Source: Escherichia coli (lineage in GTDB: Bacteria; Pseudomonadota; Gammaproteobacteria; Enterobacterales; Enterobacteriaceae). Taken from it: 64,000 nucleotides of DNA. Shown in pieces: positions 44,400-60,606 of this stretch (position 1 is the stretch's first letter; every line of letters starts with the position of its first letter). The translations under genes and the position numbers were made by a program. A model generated the notes under the pieces. It did no database searches and was not told the origin of the DNA. It saw only the letters and a program-made list of their open reading frames with translations. The stretch is from assembly GCF_003790525.1 (NCBI RefSeq), contig NZ_CP033635.1; one strand, 5' to 3'.

Positions 44400-45170
44400 A
44401 TGTTACATATTGCGAACAAAACGTTTGATTCACATCTGTTTACTGGCACCGGAAAATTCGCCTCTTCACAACTGATGGTGGAGTCTATTCGCGCTTCCGG
44501 CAGCCAACTGGTGACGCTGGCGATGAAACGCGTCAACTTGCGCCAGCACAACGACGCTATCCTCGAACCGCTTATCGCGGCGGGTGTGACCCTGCTGCCA
44601 AATACATCCGGGGCGAAAACAGCGGAAGAAGCCATTTTCGCCGCCCATCTGGCTCGTGAAGCGTTAGGCACAAACTGGTTAAAATTAGAGATTCACCCTG
44701 ACGCCCGCTGGCTGTTGCCCGATCCCATCGAAACCCTGAAAGCCGCCGAAACGCTGGTACAACAGGGATTTGTCGTGCTGCCTTACTGCGGGGCCGATCC
44801 GGTATTGTGTAAACGTCTGGAAGAAGTCGGCTGTGCAGCGGTGATGCCGCTCGGCGCGCCGATTGGCTCGAATCAGGGACTGGAAACCCGTGCCATGCTG
44901 GAGATTATTATCCAGCAAGCCACGGTTCCGGTGGTTGTCGATGCTGGCATCGGCGTTCCCAGCCATGCCGCGCAGGCGCTGGAAATGGGGGCCGACGCGG
45001 TGTTAGTGAATACGGCGATTGCCGTCGCGGACGATCCCGTCAACATGGCGAAGGCATTTCGTCTGGCAGTAGAAGCAGGCCTGCTGGCACGTCAGTCCGG
45101 ACCGGGCAGCCGCAGTCATTTTGCTCATGCCACCAGCCCGCTGACCGGATTTCTGGAGGCATCGGCATGA
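44400..45170 (+). CDS. thiG: Thiazole synthase
   Basis: 256 aa from the ATG at 44400 ([20 protein letters not shown]...); the ORF track extends upstream in the same frame. Confidence 0.9.
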   Translation: MLHIANKTFDSHLFTGTGKFASSQLMVESIRASGSQLVTLAMKRVNLRQHNDAILEPLIAAGVTLLPNTSGAKTAEEAIFAAHLAREALGTNWLKLEIHPDARWLLPDPIETLKAAETLVQQGFVVLPYCGADPVLCKRLEEVGCAAVMPLGAPIGSNQGLETRAMLEIIIQQATVPVVVDAGIGVPSHAAQALEMGADAVLVNTAIAVADDPVNMAKAFRLAVEAGLLARQSGPGSRSHFAHATSPLTGFLEASA

Positions 45171-46300
45171 AAAACTTCAGCGATCGCTGGCGACAACTGG
45201 ACTGGGACGACATCCGCCTGCGTATCAACGGCAAAACGGCTGCTGACGTAGAGCGGGCGCTAAATGCCTCGCAACTCACCCGCGACGATATGATGGCGCT
45301 GTTATCGCCAGCCGCCATTGGCTATCTGGAACCACTGGCCCAACGGGCGCAGCGTCTGACCCGTCAACGATTTGGCAACACTGTTAGCTTCTACGTCCCG
45401 CTTTATCTTTCCAATCTTTGCGCTAACGACTGCACGTACTGCGGATTCTCTATGAGCAACCGCATCAAGCGCAAAACGCTGGATGAAGCGGATATTGCCA
45501 GGGAAAGCGCCGCTATACGGGAGATGGGCTTTGAACATCTGCTTTTAGTCACTGGTGAACATCAGGCGAAAGTGGGGATGGATTACTTTCGTCGTCATCT
45601 CCCTGCCCTGCGTGAACAGTTCTCTTCACTACAGATGGAAGTGCAACCGCTGGCGGAGACGGAATACGCCGAGTTAAAGCAACTAGGTCTGGATGGCGTG
45701 ATGGTTTATCAGGAGACATATCACGAGGCGACTTATGCCCGCCATCATCTGAAAGGTAAAAAACAGGACTTCTTCTGGCGGCTGGAAACGCCGGATCGGC
45801 TAGGGCATGCGGGGATTGATAAGATAGGCCTCGGCGCGCTAATCGGCCTTTCCGACAACTGGCGAGTTGACTGCTATATGGTTGCCGAACATTTGCTATG
45901 GCTGCAACAACATTACTGGCAAAGCCGCTACTCTGTCTCCTTCCCACGCCTGCGTCCATGTACTGGCGGCATTGAGCCTGCGTCGATTATGGATGAACGC
46001 CAGTTAGTGCAAACCATCTGCGCCTTCCGGCTGCTTGCACCGGAGATTGAACTGTCACTCTCCACGCGGGAATCACCGTGGTTTCGCGATCGCGTTATTC
46101 CGCTGGCAATTAATAACGTCAGCGCTTTTTCGAAAACGCAGCCAGGTGGCTATGCCGACAATCACCCCGAGCTGGAACAGTTCTCACCACACGACGATCG
46201 CAGGCCGGAAGCGGTTGCTGCCGCGTTAACCGCTCAGGGTTTGCAGCCGGTATGGAAAGACTGGGACAGCTATCTGGGACGCGCCTCGCAAAGGCCATGA
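45167..46300 (+). CDS. thiH: 2-iminoacetate synthase (tyrosine lyase, radical SAM)
   Basis: 377 aa with the CxxxCxxC radical-SAM motif (CANDCTYC); overlaps the thiG stop. Confidence 0.9.
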   Translation: MKNFSDRWRQLDWDDIRLRINGKTAADVERALNASQLTRDDMMALLSPAAIGYLEPLAQRAQRLTRQRFGNTVSFYVPLYLSNLCANDCTYCGFSMSNRIKRKTLDEADIARESAAIREMGFEHLLLVTGEHQAKVGMDYFRRHLPALREQFSSLQMEVQPLAETEYAELKQLGLDGVMVYQETYHEATYARHHLKGKKQDFFWRLETPDRLGHAGIDKIGLGALIGLSDNWRVDCYMVAEHLLWLQQHYWQSRYSVSFPRLRPCTGGIEPASIMDERQLVQTICAFRLLAPEIELSLSTRESPWFRDRVIPLAINNVSAFSKTQPGGYADNHPELEQFSPHDDRRPEAVAAALTAQGLQPVWKDWDSYLGRASQRP

Positions 46301-46492
46301 GACAGAATGTAAGAACGTAAATTTATTCCGAGCCGCTACGGAAGATGAAAAACGCAAGGTTGTTGAAAGCGTTGTGTTTTTTTATGGTAGTGCCGTCAGC
46401 AGGAATGTTGTCCAGGGCGAAAAGCTTCTTCCTCGTTTCGCCCTGCCTTTCTTAATATTTCCCATGAAGAATTTGCCCTCTGAATAACACCC

Positions 46493-46520
46493 ATAAAAAA
46501 ACCCGCCGAAGCGGGTTTTT
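46493..46520 (-). terminator. rpoC (rpoBC operon) intrinsic terminator
   Basis: On the minus strand, an AAAAACCCGCUUCGGCGGGUUUUUUU hairpin with a U7 run about 20 nt after the rpoC stop. Confidence 0.85.
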
Positions 46521-46541
46521 ACGTTATTTGCGGATTAACGA

Positions 46542-49500
46542 TTACTCGTTATCAGAACCGCCCAGACCTGCGTTCAGCAGTTCTGCCAGGCTGGCAGATG
46601 CGTCTTCTGCAGTCACCTGCGGTGCAGCCGGAGCTTCACCCGCAGCACGGCGACGCATACGATCCTGGTGGTACGCGTAACCGGTACCTGCCGGGATCAG
46701 ACGACCCACGATAACGTTCTCTTTCAGGCCGCGCAATTCGTCGCGTTTGCCCGCAACGGCTGCTTCGGTCAGCACGCGAGTGGTCTCCTGGAACGATGCC
46801 GCGGAGATGAAGGACTCGGTTGCCAGAGACGCTTTGGTGATACCCAGCAGATCGCGGGAGTAAGTTGCCCCCACTTTGCCGTTCGCTTCCAGTTCGCGGT
46901 TTGCGATCTTGACGCGAGAGTATTCAACCTGTTCACCTTCCAGGAAGTCGGAGCTGCCCGCGTTAACGATGGTAGCTTTACGCAGCATCTGACGAACGAT
47001 AACTTCGATGTGTTTATCGTTAATCTTAACGCCCTGCAGACGGTATACGTCCTGTACTTCGTTAACGATGTAACGAGTAACAGCATGAACACCACGCAGA
47101 CGCAGAATGTCGTGCGGCGCTTCCGGACCGTCGGAAATTACGTCACCACGTTCTACACGTTCACCTTCGAACACGTTGAGCTGACGCCATTTCGGAATCA
47201 TCTCTTCGTACGGATCGCTACCGTCTACCGGGGTGATAACCAGACGACGTTTACCTTTGGTTTCTTTACCGAAGGAAACGATACCGCTGATTTCAGCCAG
47301 GATTGCCGGCTCTTTCGGACGACGTGCTTCGAACAGGTCCGCAACGCGCGGCAGACCACCGGTGATGTCCTTGGTACCGCCGGATTCCTGCGGAATACGC
47401 GCCAGGGTGTCACCAGAGCTGATCTGTACGCCATCTTCCAGCTGAACAATCGCTTTACCCGGCAGGAAGTACTGCGCAGGCATATCGGTACCCGGGATCA
47501 GAACGTCGTTACCCTGAGCATCAACGATTTTCAGTGCCGGACGCAGATCTTTACCACCTGCGGTACGTTCTGCGGAATCCAGAACCACCAGCGAAGACAG
47601 ACCGGTCAATTCGTCGGTCTGACGAGTAATGGTCTGGCCGTCGATCATGTCAGTAAAGCGTACAAAACCGCTTACTTCGGTGATAACCGGCATGGTGTGC
47701 GGGTCCCAGTTTGCAACGGTTTCGCCGCCAGCAACCTGTTCGCCATCGCCTTTCGCCAGTACCGCACCGTAAGGTACTTTGTAGCTTTCTTTGGTACGAC
47801 CGAATTCGTCGATCAGTTTCAGTTCGGTGTTACGGGAAGTGATAACCAGTTTACCGCTGGAGTTCACAACCGACTTCACGTTGCTGAGCTTGATGCTACC
47901 TTTGTTTTTCACCTGGATGCTGGATTCAGCAGCCGCACGAGATGCCGCACCACCGATGTGGAACGTACGCATGGTCAGCTGTGTACCCGGTTCACCGATG
48001 GACTGTGCCGCGATTACACCGATTGCTTCACCTTTGTTGATGAGGTGGCCACGCGCCAGGTCACGACCGTAGCAGTGCGCACATACACCAAAGTCGGTGT
48101 CACAAGATACAACAGAACGTACTTTAACCGCGTCGACAGAGTTCTCTTCCAGCAGGTCACACCACTGTTCGTGCAGCAGCGTGTTGCGCGGAACGAGGAT
48201 ATCAGCAGTACCCGGCTTCAGAACGTCTTCAGCAGTTACACGACCCAATACGCGATCGCGCAGCGGCTCTTTAACGTCACCACCCTCGATAACCGGAGTC
48301 ATCATGATACCTTCATGGGTACCACAATCGTCTTCGGTAACCACCAGGTCCTGCGCCACGTCAACCAGACGACGAGTCAGGTAACCGGAGTTCGCCGTTT
48401 TCAGTGCGGTATCCGCCAGACCTTTACGAGCACCGTGGGTGGAGATGAAGTACTGGAGTACGTTCAGACCTTCACGGAAGTTCGCGGTGATTGGCGTTTC
48501 GATGATGGAGCCATCCGGCTTCGCCATCAGACCACGCATACCCGCCAGCTGACGAATCTGTGCCGCAGAACCACGCGCACCGGAGTCGGCCATCATGTAG
48601 ATGCTGTTGAAGGAAACCTGCTTCTCTTCCTGACCGTCACGGTTAATAACGGTTTCAGTTTGCAGGTTATCCATCATCGCTTTGGATACACGATCGTTCG
48701 CCGCAGCCCAGATATCGATAACTTTGTTGTAGCGTTCGCCCGCAGTTACCAGACCAGACTGGAACTGCTCCTGAATTTCAGCAACTTCTGCTTCTGCCTC
48801 GGAGATGATTTCGTGTTTCTTCTCCGGGATGACCATGTCATCGATACCAACAGATGCACCAGAACGCGCTGCATAGGCAAAGCCGGTATACATGATCTGG
48901 TCCGCAAAAATAACGGTCGGTTTCAGACCGAGAATGCGGTAGCAGGTGTTCAGCATTTTGGAGATTGCTTTTTTACCCAGCGCCTGGTTGACGATGGTGT
49001 AAGGCAGACCTTTCGGTACAATCATCCACAGAATGGCACGGCCAACAGTCGTGTCTTTCAGGCTGGTTTTCGCCACTAATTCACCGTTAGCATCTTTTTC
49101 ATACTCGGTGATACGCACTTTAACGCGCGCATGCAGAGAAGCCAGACCAGAGCGATACAGACGTTCTGCTTCTTTCGGGCCAGTCAGCACCATGCCTTCG
49201 CCTTTGGCGTTAACACAGTCGCGGGTCATGTAGTACAGACCCAGTACAACGTCCTGAGACGGAACGATGATTGGTTCGCCGTTTGCCGGGGACAGGATGT
49301 TGTTGGTAGACATCATCAGCGCACGCGCTTCCAGCTGGGCTTCCAGCGTCAGCGGTACGTGAACAGCCATCTGGTCACCATCGAAGTCGGCGTTATATGC
49401 CGCACAAACCAGCGGGTGCAGCTGGATAGCTTTACCTTCGATCAGTACCGGTTCAAATGCCTGGATACCCAGACGGTGCAGAGTCGGTGCACGGTTCAGC

Positions 49501-50765
49501 AGTACCGGGTGTTCGCGGATAACTTCGTCCAGGATATCCCAAACGACAGCTTCTTCGCGCTCAACCATTTTCTTCGCAGCTTTAATGGTGGTAGCAAGAC
49601 CACGCAGTTCCAGCTTGCCGTAGATGAACGGTTTGAACAGCTCCAGTGCCATTTTCTTCGGCAGACCGCACTGATGCAGACGCAGGTATGGACCTACGGT
49701 GATTACAGAACGACCGGAGTAGTCAACACGCTTACCGAGCAGGTTCTGACGGAAACGACCCTGTTTACCTTTGATCATGTCGGCCAAAGATTTCAGAGGA
49801 CGCTTGTTAGAACCGGTGATTGCACGACCGCGACGACCGTTATCCAGCAGGGCGTCTACCGCTTCCTGCAGCATACGTTTTTCGTTACGTACGATGATGT
49901 CCGGCGCAGCCAGATCCAGCAGACGTTTCAGACGGTTGTTACGGTTAATGACGCGACGATACAGATCGTTCAGGTCAGAAGTCGCGAAACGACCACCATC
50001 CAGCGGAACCAGCGGACGCAGATCTGGCGGCAGTACCGGCAGAACGGTCAGGATCATCCACTCTGGTTTGTTACCAGACTGAACGAACGCTTCCAGCAGT
50101 TTGATACGCTTGGTCAGCTTTTTACGCTTGGTTTCGGAGTTGGTTTCGTTCAGCTCTTCACGCAGCTGTTCGCACTCTTGCTCCAGATCCATGCTCTTCA
50201 GCAGGGCCTGGATTGCTTCCGCACCCATCTTCGCGTCGAATTCGTCACCGAACTCTTCCAGCGCGTCCAGATACTGCTCTTCAGTCAGGATCTGCTGACG
50301 CTCCAGGTTGGTCATACCGCCTTCGATAACCACATAGGATTCGAAGTACAGTACGCGTTCGATATCGCGCAGCGGCATATCGAGCAGCAGGCCGATACGG
50401 GACGGCAGCGATTTCAGGAACCAGATGTGCGCAGTCGGGGAAGCCAGTTCGATGTGGCCCATACGCTCACGGCGTACTTTAGTCTGGGTCACTTCAACAC
50501 CGCACTTCTCACAGATGACGCCACGGTGTTTCAGGCGCTTGTACTTACCGCACAGGCACTCGTAATCTTTTACCGGCCCAAAGATACGGGCGCAGAAAAG
50601 GCCGTCACGTTCTGGTTTGAACGTACGGTAGTTGATGGTTTCCGGCTTTTTAACTTCACCGAAAGACCATGAACGGATCATGTCTGGCGAAGCCAGAGCA
50701 ATTTTGATCGCATCAAACTCTTCGGTTTTAGTCTGCGCTTTCAGAAACTTTAATAAATCTTTCAC
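46542..50765 (-). CDS. rpoC: RNA polymerase beta' subunit
   Basis: 1407 aa, GTG start; [40 protein letters not shown]... Confidence 0.97.
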   Translation of the reverse strand: MKDLLKFLKAQTKTEEFDAIKIALASPDMIRSWSFGEVKKPETINYRTFKPERDGLFCARIFGPVKDYECLCGKYKRLKHRGVICEKCGVEVTQTKVRRERMGHIELASPTAHIWFLKSLPSRIGLLLDMPLRDIERVLYFESYVVIEGGMTNLERQQILTEEQYLDALEEFGDEFDAKMGAEAIQALLKSMDLEQECEQLREELNETNSETKRKKLTKRIKLLEAFVQSGNKPEWMILTVLPVLPPDLRPLVPLDGGRFATSDLNDLYRRVINRNNRLKRLLDLAAPDIIVRNEKRMLQEAVDALLDNGRRGRAITGSNKRPLKSLADMIKGKQGRFRQNLLGKRVDYSGRSVITVGPYLRLHQCGLPKKMALELFKPFIYGKLELRGLATTIKAAKKMVEREEAVVWDILDEVIREHPVLLNRAPTLHRLGIQAFEPVLIEGKAIQLHPLVCAAYNADFDGDQMAVHVPLTLEAQLEARALMMSTNNILSPANGEPIIVPSQDVVLGLYYMTRDCVNAKGEGMVLTGPKEAERLYRSGLASLHARVKVRITEYEKDANGELVAKTSLKDTTVGRAILWMIVPKGLPYTIVNQALGKKAISKMLNTCYRILGLKPTVIFADQIMYTGFAYAARSGASVGIDDMVIPEKKHEIISEAEAEVAEIQEQFQSGLVTAGERYNKVIDIWAAANDRVSKAMMDNLQTETVINRDGQEEKQVSFNSIYMMADSGARGSAAQIRQLAGMRGLMAKPDGSIIETPITANFREGLNVLQYFISTHGARKGLADTALKTANSGYLTRRLVDVAQDLVVTEDDCGTHEGIMMTPVIEGGDVKEPLRDRVLGRVTAEDVLKPGTADILVPRNTLLHEQWCDLLEENSVDAVKVRSVVSCDTDFGVCAHCYGRDLARGHLINKGEAIGVIAAQSIGEPGTQLTMRTFHIGGAASRAAAESSIQVKNKGSIKLSNVKSVVNSSGKLVITSRNTELKLIDEFGRTKESYKVPYGAVLAKGDGEQVAGGETVANWDPHTMPVITEVSGFVRFTDMIDGQTITRQTDELTGLSSLVVLDSAERTAGGKDLRPALKIVDAQGNDVLIPGTDMPAQYFLPGKAIVQLEDGVQISSGDTLARIPQESGGTKDITGGLPRVADLFEARRPKEPAILAEISGIVSFGKETKGKRRLVITPVDGSDPYEEMIPKWRQLNVFEGERVERGDVISDGPEAPHDILRLRGVHAVTRYIVNEVQDVYRLQGVKINDKHIEVIVRQMLRKATIVNAGSSDFLEGEQVEYSRVKIANRELEANGKVGATYSRDLLGITKASLATESFISAASFQETTRVLTEAAVAGKRDELRGLKENVIVGRLIPAGTGYAYHQDRMRRRAAGEAPAAPQVTAEDASASLAELLNAGLGGSDNE

Positions 50766-50841
50766 GGATTTGCTCCCGTCGGAGTTAGCACAATCCGCTG
50801 CCGGGTTTTACCCCGACAGCAGTGACCTGTTTGAGCGAGAA

Positions 50842-53800
50842 TTACTCGTCTTCCAGTTCGATGTTGATACCCAGCGAACGAATCTCTTTCAACAATACGT
50901 TGAAGGATTCTGGCATGCCCGGCTCCATCTGATGGTTGCCGTCCACGATGTTTTTATACATCTTAGTACGACCGTTCACGTCATCAGACTTAACGGTGAG
51001 CATTTCCTGCAGGGTGTATGCTGCGCCGTATGCTTCCAGCGCCCACACTTCCATCTCCCCGAAACGCTGACCACCGAACTGTGCCTTACCACCCAGCGGC
51101 TGCTGAGTAACCAGGCTGTAAGAACCGGTGGAACGCGCGTGCATCTTGTCGTCGACCAGGTGGTTCAGTTTCAGCATGTACATGTAACCAACGGTTACCG
51201 GACGCTCGAACTGTTCACCAGTGCGGCCGTCGTACAGGCGGATCTGACCAGAAGTCGGCAGGTCGCCAAGTTTCAGCAGCTCTTTAATTTCTGCTTCTTT
51301 CGCACCGTCGAAGACCGGCGTTGCGATTGGCATACCTTTGCGCAGGTTTTCAGCCAGACGCATAACTTCTTCATCGCTGAAGGTACTCAGGTCAACTTTC
51401 TGACGAACGTCAGCGCCCAGATCGTACGCACGCTGGATGAATTCGCGCAGTTTCGCGACTTCTTGCTGCTGTTTCAGCATGGCGTTGATCTTGTCGCCGA
51501 TACCTTTCGCAGCCATACCCAGGTGGGTTTCGAGGATCTGACCGATGTTCATACGAGACGGTACGCCCAGCGGGTTCAGTACGATGTCTACCGGCGTACC
51601 GTTTTCATCGTAAGGCATATCTTCGATCGGGTTGATCTTAGAAATTACACCCTTGTTACCGTGACGACCTGCCATCTTGTCACCAGGCTGGATACGGCGT
51701 TTAACCGCCAGATATACTTTAACAATCTTCAGCACGCCCGGTGCCAGATCGTCGCCCTGGGTGATTTTGCGGCGTTTCGCTTCGAGTTTCTTCTCGAACT
51801 CGTGTTTCAGTTCGTCATACTGCTCAGCCAGCTGTTCCAGCTGATTTTGTTTCTCTTCGTCGGTCAGGCCCAGCTCCAGCCAGCGATCGCGCGGCAGTTT
51901 GTCGAGCTTCTCAGCTTCAACGCCACCGGCTACCAGCACAGCACGGATACGGCTGAACAGACCCGCTTCGAGGATCTGCAGTTCTTCAGACAGGTCTTTC
52001 TTCGCCTGTTTGAGCTGCATTTCTTCGATTTCCAGCGCACGTTTGTCTTTTTCTACGCCATCGCGAGTAAAGACCTGAACGTCGATAACCGTACCGGATA
52101 CACCGTTTGGTACGCGCAGAGAAGAGTCTTTAACGTCAGACGCTTTCTCACCGAAGATCGCACGCAGCAGTTTTTCTTCTGGGGTCAGCTGAGTTTCGCC
52201 TTTCGGCGTAACCTTACCAACCAGAATGTCGCCACCGGTCACTTCCGCACCAATGTAAACGATACCGGATTCATCCAGTTTGGAGAGCGCAGCTTCACCC
52301 ACGTTCGGGATGTCAGCGGTGATCTCTTCCGGCCCCAGCTTGGTGTCACGGGACACACACGCCAGTTCCTGAATGTGGATGGTGGTGAAACGGTCTTCCT
52401 GAACAACACGCTCGGATACGAGGATGGAGTCTTCGAAGTTGTAACCATTCCACGGCATGAACGCTACGCGCATGTTCTGACCAAGCGCCAGTTCACCGAG
52501 GTCGGTGGACGGACCATCTGCCAGCACGTCGCCACGCTCTACCGGTTCCCCCAGAGACACACACGGCATCTGGTTGATACAAGTGTTCTGGTTAGAACGG
52601 GTGTATTTGGTCAGGTTGTAGATGTCGATACCTGCTTCACCCGGATACATCTCGTCTTCGTTAACTTTGATAACGATACGGGAAGCATCCACGTACTGAA
52701 CGACACCACCACGTTTAGCAACCGCAGTTACACCGGAGTCAACGGCAACAGCACGTTCCATACCCGTACCAACCAGCGGCTTATCAGCGCGCAGAGTCGG
52801 AACGGCCTGACGTTGCATGTTCGCACCCATCAATGCACGGTTGGCGTCATCGTGTTCCAGGAACGGGATCAGGGACGCACCGACGGATACCACCTGCTGG
52901 GTGGATACGTCCATGTAGTCAACCTGGTCACGGCTGAACAAGCTGGATTCGCCTTTGCTACGGCAAGTTACCAGGTCTTCTACGAAGTGGCCTTCTTCAT
53001 CCAGGTTGGAGTTCGCCTGGGCGATAACGTAGTTGCCTTCTTCGATAGCAGACAGGTAGTGAATTTCGTCAGTTACAACACCGTCGGTCACTTTACGATA
53101 CGGAGTCTCAAGGAAGCCGTATTCGTTAGTCTGTGCGTACACGGACAGAGAGTTGATCAGACCGATGTTCGGACCTTCAGGGGTTTCGATTGGACATACG
53201 CGACCGTAGTGAGTCGGGTGTACGTCTCGAACTTCGAAGCCTGCACGTTCACGGGTCAGACCACCCGGGCCGAGTGCGGAGATACGACGTTTGTGCGTAA
53301 TCTCAGACAGCGGGTTGTTCTGGTCCATAAACTGAGACAGCTGGCTGGAACCGAAGAACTCTTTCACTGCTGCAGAAATCGGCTTGGCGTTGATCATATC
53401 CTGAGGCATCAGGGTATCCAGATCGCCCAGAGACAGACGCTCTTTCACCGCACGCTCTACACGCACCAGGCCAACGCGGAACTGGTTTTCCGCCATTTCG
53501 CCAACAGAACGGATACGACGGTTGCCGAGGTGGTCGATATCATCGACTTCGCCTTTACCGTTACGGATATCGATGAGCTTTTTCATAACATCAATGATGT
53601 CGTCTTTGCTCAGGATACCGGAACCTTCGATTTCTTCGCGCAGCAGAGAACGGTTGAACTTCATACGACCAACCGCAGACAAGTCATAGCGGTCTTCGGA
53701 GAAGAACAGGTTCTCGAACAGGCTTTCAGCAGCTTCACGAGTCGGCGGCTCGCCAGGGCGCATCATACGGTAGATTTCTACCAGTGCGCTCAGACGGTCG

Positions 53801-54870
53801 TTAGTTGGGTCGACACGTAAGGTTTCAGAGATATATGGGCCGTGATCCAGGTCGTTGGTGAACAGCGTTTCGATACGCTTGTGACCAGACTGGCTCAGCT
53901 TAGCCAGCAGATCCAGGCTCAGCTCCATGTTCGCTGCGCAGATCAGCTCGCCGGTAGACTCATCAATATAGTCTTTAGCAACCACTTTACCTGCGATGTA
54001 CTCAACCGGGACTTCGATCAGTTTGACGTCGTCTTTTTCCAGCTGGCGAATATGGCGCGCAGTAATACGGCGGCCTTTTTCTACGTACACTTTACCGTTA
54101 GCTTCGATGTCAAAAGATGCGGTTTCACCACGCAGGCGTTCCGGCACCAGTTCCATCTGCAGCTTGTTATCACGGATTTCAAAGATAACTTTTTCAAAGA
54201 ACAGGTCGAGGATCTGCTCTGTGGTATAGTTCAGGGCGCGCAGAATGATGGTCGCAGGCAGTTTACGGCGACGGTCGATACGTACGAACAGGTTGTCCTT
54301 CGGATCGAATTCGAAGTCCAGCCAGGAACCACGGTAAGGGATGATGCGCGCGTTATACAGCACTTTACCCGAAGAGTGGGTTTTACCTTTGTCGGAGTCA
54401 AAGAAGACGCCCGGACTACGGTGCAGCTGGGAAACGATAACACGCTCAGTACCGTTGATAACAAAGGTACCGTTGTCTGTCATGAGCGGAATTTCGCCCA
54501 TGTAGACTTCTTGTTCTTTAATGTCTTTTACGGTGCCTTCCGGCGCTTCGCGCTCATAGATCACCAGACGCAGTTTAACGCGCAGCGGTGCGGAATAGGT
54601 CACGCCACGGATTTGACATTCCTGGACGTCAAACACCGGTTCGCCAAGGCGGTAGCTGACGTATTGCAGCTCGGAATTACCGCTGTAGCTCTGAATCGGG
54701 AATACGGAACGGAAAGCAGCTTCCAGACCATACTGCCCTTCAGGATCTTGCTCGATAAATTTCTGAAACGAGTCAAGCTGGATAGAAAGGAGATAAGGTA
54801 CATCCAGAACTTGTGGACGTTTACCAAAATCCTTACGAATACGTTTTTTCTCGGTATAGGAGTAAACCAT
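50842..54870 (-). CDS. rpoB: RNA polymerase beta subunit
   Basis: 1342 aa from the ATG at 54870 ([21 protein letters not shown]...); the ORF track extends 11 codons upstream. Rifampicin cluster I reads as wild type. Confidence 0.97.
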
Positions 54871-55119
54871 AGGGTTCCTCAGCTCGCTGACAAGTCGACC
54901 CATCTGTCCATTGAGCGGACAGTTTGTGCAACACTATTTTGTTGACCGGAAAATGGAACACTTTCCGCAATGCCTGTTGCTATCACGCTTAAACCATTTC
55001 ATTGCGATTTACACAGAACGGACGTCCTGTCGCAGTATATTAAGTCGTCGATAGAAACAAGCATTGAAAGGCACAGCAGTAGTCAAACAGTGTGAAACGC
55101 TACTGGCGCCTTACAGCGC

Positions 55120-55150
55120 AAAAAGGCTGGTGACTAAAAAGTCACCAGCC
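55120..55150 (-). terminator. rplL-rpoB intergenic attenuator (partial terminator)
   Basis: On the minus strand, GGCUGGUGAC-UUUUUA-GUCACCAGCC followed by U5; a second perfect 8-bp hairpin (CAGCCTGA/TCAGGCTG) lies at 55153-55172. Confidence 0.8.
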
Positions 55151-55189
55151 ATCAGCCTGATTTCTCAGGCTGCAACCGGAAGGGTTGGC

Positions 55190-55555
<366 letters not shown>

Positions 55556-55621
55556 TTAAATTGTTCCTGAATATCAGAATAAGTTTATACGTAAGCGGAT
55601 GCGTTAAAAAGATAACTGCGA

Positions 55622-56119
55622 TTAAGCAGCTTCTTTCGCATCGCGTACAGCAGCCAGAGTACGAACCAGTTTGCCAGCCGAAGCTTCTTTCATGGTTGCC
55701 ATCAGGCGTGCAATTGCTTCTTCGTAGGTCGGCAGAGTTGCCAGGCGGTCGATCTGAGACGCCGGGATCAGCTCACCTTCAAAGGCAGCGGCTTTGACCT
55801 CAAATTTTGCATTCGCTTTCGCGAACTCTTTGAACAGACGAGCAGCAGCGCCCGGGTGTTCCATAGAGTATGCAATCAGGGTCGGACCAACAAACGCGTC
55901 TTTCAGGCACTCGAACGGAGTACCTTCAACAGCACGGCGCAGCAGGGTGTTACGAACAACACGCATGTATACGCCAGCTTCGCGACCTGCTTTACGCAGT
56001 TCAGTCATTTTATCTACAGTTACGCCACGGGAATCCGCAACTACTGCAGACAGCGCGCCTTTGGCTACTTCGCTGACTTCAGCAACAATCGCTTGTTTGT
56101 CTTGAAGATTTAAAGCCAT
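55622..56119 (-). CDS. rplJ: 50S ribosomal protein L10
   Basis: 165 aa, ATG confirmed; matches L10. Confidence 0.97.
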
Positions 56120-56410
56120 TAGCTTTGCTCCTGGATGTTTGCCAGAGAAAATCTCTGGAACTCACTTCACTCCTCCAAACGGAGAGAGCGTCTTAATTAC
56201 GGTGAGCAGAAACAAGCCAGAATATAAAAGAATAATCTTAGCGTTCTGTCACCGTCTACGCAGGGGATTAAGTTTCTTGCGAAACTCCTGCGGTCTTCGA
56301 CGGAGGCCTGGATAGGCCAGGCTCCAACGAACAAATCTTTTTAGCTGCTAACTTTCGTTAGCATACGTGGGGGTAAGATTGTAGACAAAATCACCGCCCA
56401 CGTAAAGGCA
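56120..56410 (-). promoter_or_regulatory. rplJ leader (L10 promoter and L10-L12 autoregulatory target)
   Basis: About 290 nt of untranslated leader between rplA and rplJ, where the rplJL promoter and translational feedback site lie in E. coli; assigned by position only. Confidence 0.55.
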
Positions 56411-57610
<1,200 letters not shown>

Positions 57611-57625
57611 TTACGGGCAAGGCCC

Positions 57626-57666
57626 ATAAAAACAAAAGGCGCGAAATTGTATTCCAATCTCGCGCC
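57626..57666 (-). terminator. Intrinsic terminator downstream of nusG
   Basis: On the minus strand, a GGCGCGA...UCGCGCC hairpin followed by UUUUGUUUUU. Confidence 0.65.
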
Positions 57667-57705
57667 TTGTGCAACGATTAAATCGCCGCTTTTTTGATCG
57701 CTGGG

Positions 57706-58251
57706 TTAGGCTTTTTCAACCTGGCTGAAGTCCAGCTCTACCGGGGTCGCACGACCGAAGATAGAAACAGACACTTTCAGACGAGATTTCTCGTAATCCA
57801 CTTCTTCAACAACACCGTTGAAGTCAGCGAACGGACCATCATTAACACGGACCATTTCACCCGGTTCAAACAGCGTTTTCGGACGCGGCTTATCACCAAC
57901 CTGCTGCAGGCGGTTCATAATCGCATCGACTTCTTTATCGCTGATTGGTGCAGGACGATCGGAAGTACCGCCGATGAAGCCCATCACACGCGGTACGCTG
58001 CGCACCAGGTGCCAGCTCGCGTCGTTCATCACCATCTGAACGAGGACGTAGCCAGGGAAGAATTTACGTTCGCTTTTGCGACGCTGACCGCCACGGATTT
58101 CAACCACTTCTTCGGTTGGTACCATGACTTCACCAAACAAATCTTCCATGTTGTGTAATTTGATATGCTCACGCAGCGACGTTGCTACGCGGCCTTCAAA
58201 ACCGGAAAACGCCTGAACGACGTACCAGCGCTTTTTAGGAGCTTCAGACAT
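57706..58251 (-). CDS. nusG: Transcription termination/antitermination factor NusG
   Basis: 181 aa; [50 protein letters not shown]... Confidence 0.97.
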
Positions 58252-58252
58252 C

Positions 58253-58636
58253 TCAGAACCTCAGGCCAGTGATAAAGGATACCAGGCGAACCAGAATACC
58301 ATCCAGTCCCCACAGGATCAGTGACATTACTGCGGTAACCGCAGCCACAATCAGCGTGGTGTGCAATGTTTCCTGGCGAGTCGGCCAAATGACCTTACGG
58401 ACTTCGGTACGCGCTTCACGGGCAAAAGCAACGGTAGCTTTACCTTTTGTCGTTAACAGCGCGACACCACCCGCTGCAGCAATCAGAATTACTACGGCCA
58501 GCGCACGCAGCGGCAGCATAATGTCGCGATAAAGATAGTTGCCGACAATCGCCACCAGGAGCAATGCCACCACAACGACCCACTTCATCGCTTCCAGGCC
58601 GCGCCCGCTTCCTTGAGCTTCGGTATTCGCACTCAT
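58253..58636 (-). CDS. secE: Preprotein translocase subunit SecE
   Basis: 127 aa three-helix membrane protein; [36 protein letters not shown]... Confidence 0.95.
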
Positions 58637-58807
58637 AAACCAACCTGTCAGAAGTTTTCTACAAACATTTTCACCCCGCGATCGCGAGGCAAACCAAATC
58701 GAAACGCGTATTAGCTTTTCGGATTATACGCCCTCAACAGAGCCTGTCTCAGCAATGATTATGACAAAGAAAATCACTGATGAGCCAGGTTCTGGTACGA
58801 AAGCGTG

Positions 58808-58831
58808 CAAAAAGGGCATCAAATGATGCCC
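58808..58831 (-). terminator. Intrinsic terminator downstream of tufB
   Basis: On the minus strand, a GGGCAUC-AUUU-GAUGCCC hairpin followed by U5. Confidence 0.7.
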
Positions 58832-58865
58832 TTTTAGTGCGCATTGCGTCAAATGTTATCGGCAA

Positions 58866-60086
<1,221 letters not shown>

Positions 60087-60164
60087 TCACCACATCAACC
60101 AGGCAACATGCCCGACTTGTTGAATGCAATAAACAGAAGGAAAAAACAGGGAGGAGAAAAGAAG

Positions 60165-60240
60165 TGGTGCTGATAGGCAGATTCGAACTGCCGACCTCAC
60201 CCTTACCAAGGGTGCGCTCTACCAACTGAGCTATATCAGC
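60165..60240 (-). tRNA. thrT: tRNA-Thr (GGU)
   Basis: Reverse complement GCTGATATAGCTCAGTTGGTAGAGCGCACCCTTGGTAAGGGTGAGGTCGGCAGTTCGAATCTGCCTATCAGCACCA (76 nt). Confidence 0.95.
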
Positions 60241-60246
60241 ACATCT

Positions 60247-60321
<75 letters not shown>

Positions 60322-60437
60322 ATCCTGGAACTCGGCTACCTGATTTTCATTCTGCACTGAATATCGAGAGAAGCTCTCTTTATTCGAGCCGGTAAGCGAA
60401 CTTATCGTCTCGGGCTACGCCATCGCGTGGCCGAAAT

Positions 60438-60522
<85 letters not shown>

Positions 60523-60530
60523 GGACTTGA

Positions 60531-60606
<76 letters not shown>

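Noticed and set aside
52900-53400. Possible rifampicin-resistance substitutions in the rpoB cluster I region
   Set aside because: The translated region reads [32 protein letters not shown], which is wild type at the classical positions (D516, H526, S531).
46668-54945. Very long ORFs antisense to rpoC and rpoB (803 aa at 46668-49079, 513 aa at 49131-50672, 1062 aa at 50632-53820, 367 aa at 53842-54945)
   Set aside because: They lie entirely inside, and opposite to, two of the best-established genes in bacteria, with no independent start, ribosome-binding site or recognisable domain. Such antisense ORFs are a known artefact of codon usage bias in highly expressed GC-balanced genes.
60322-60437. 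116-bp spacer between tyrU and glyT as a possible small ORF or sRNA
   Set aside because: The spacer has the same length as the K-12 tRNA-operon spacer as I remember it, and contains no ORF with a ribosome-binding site; I see nothing beyond the normal tRNA precursor spacer.
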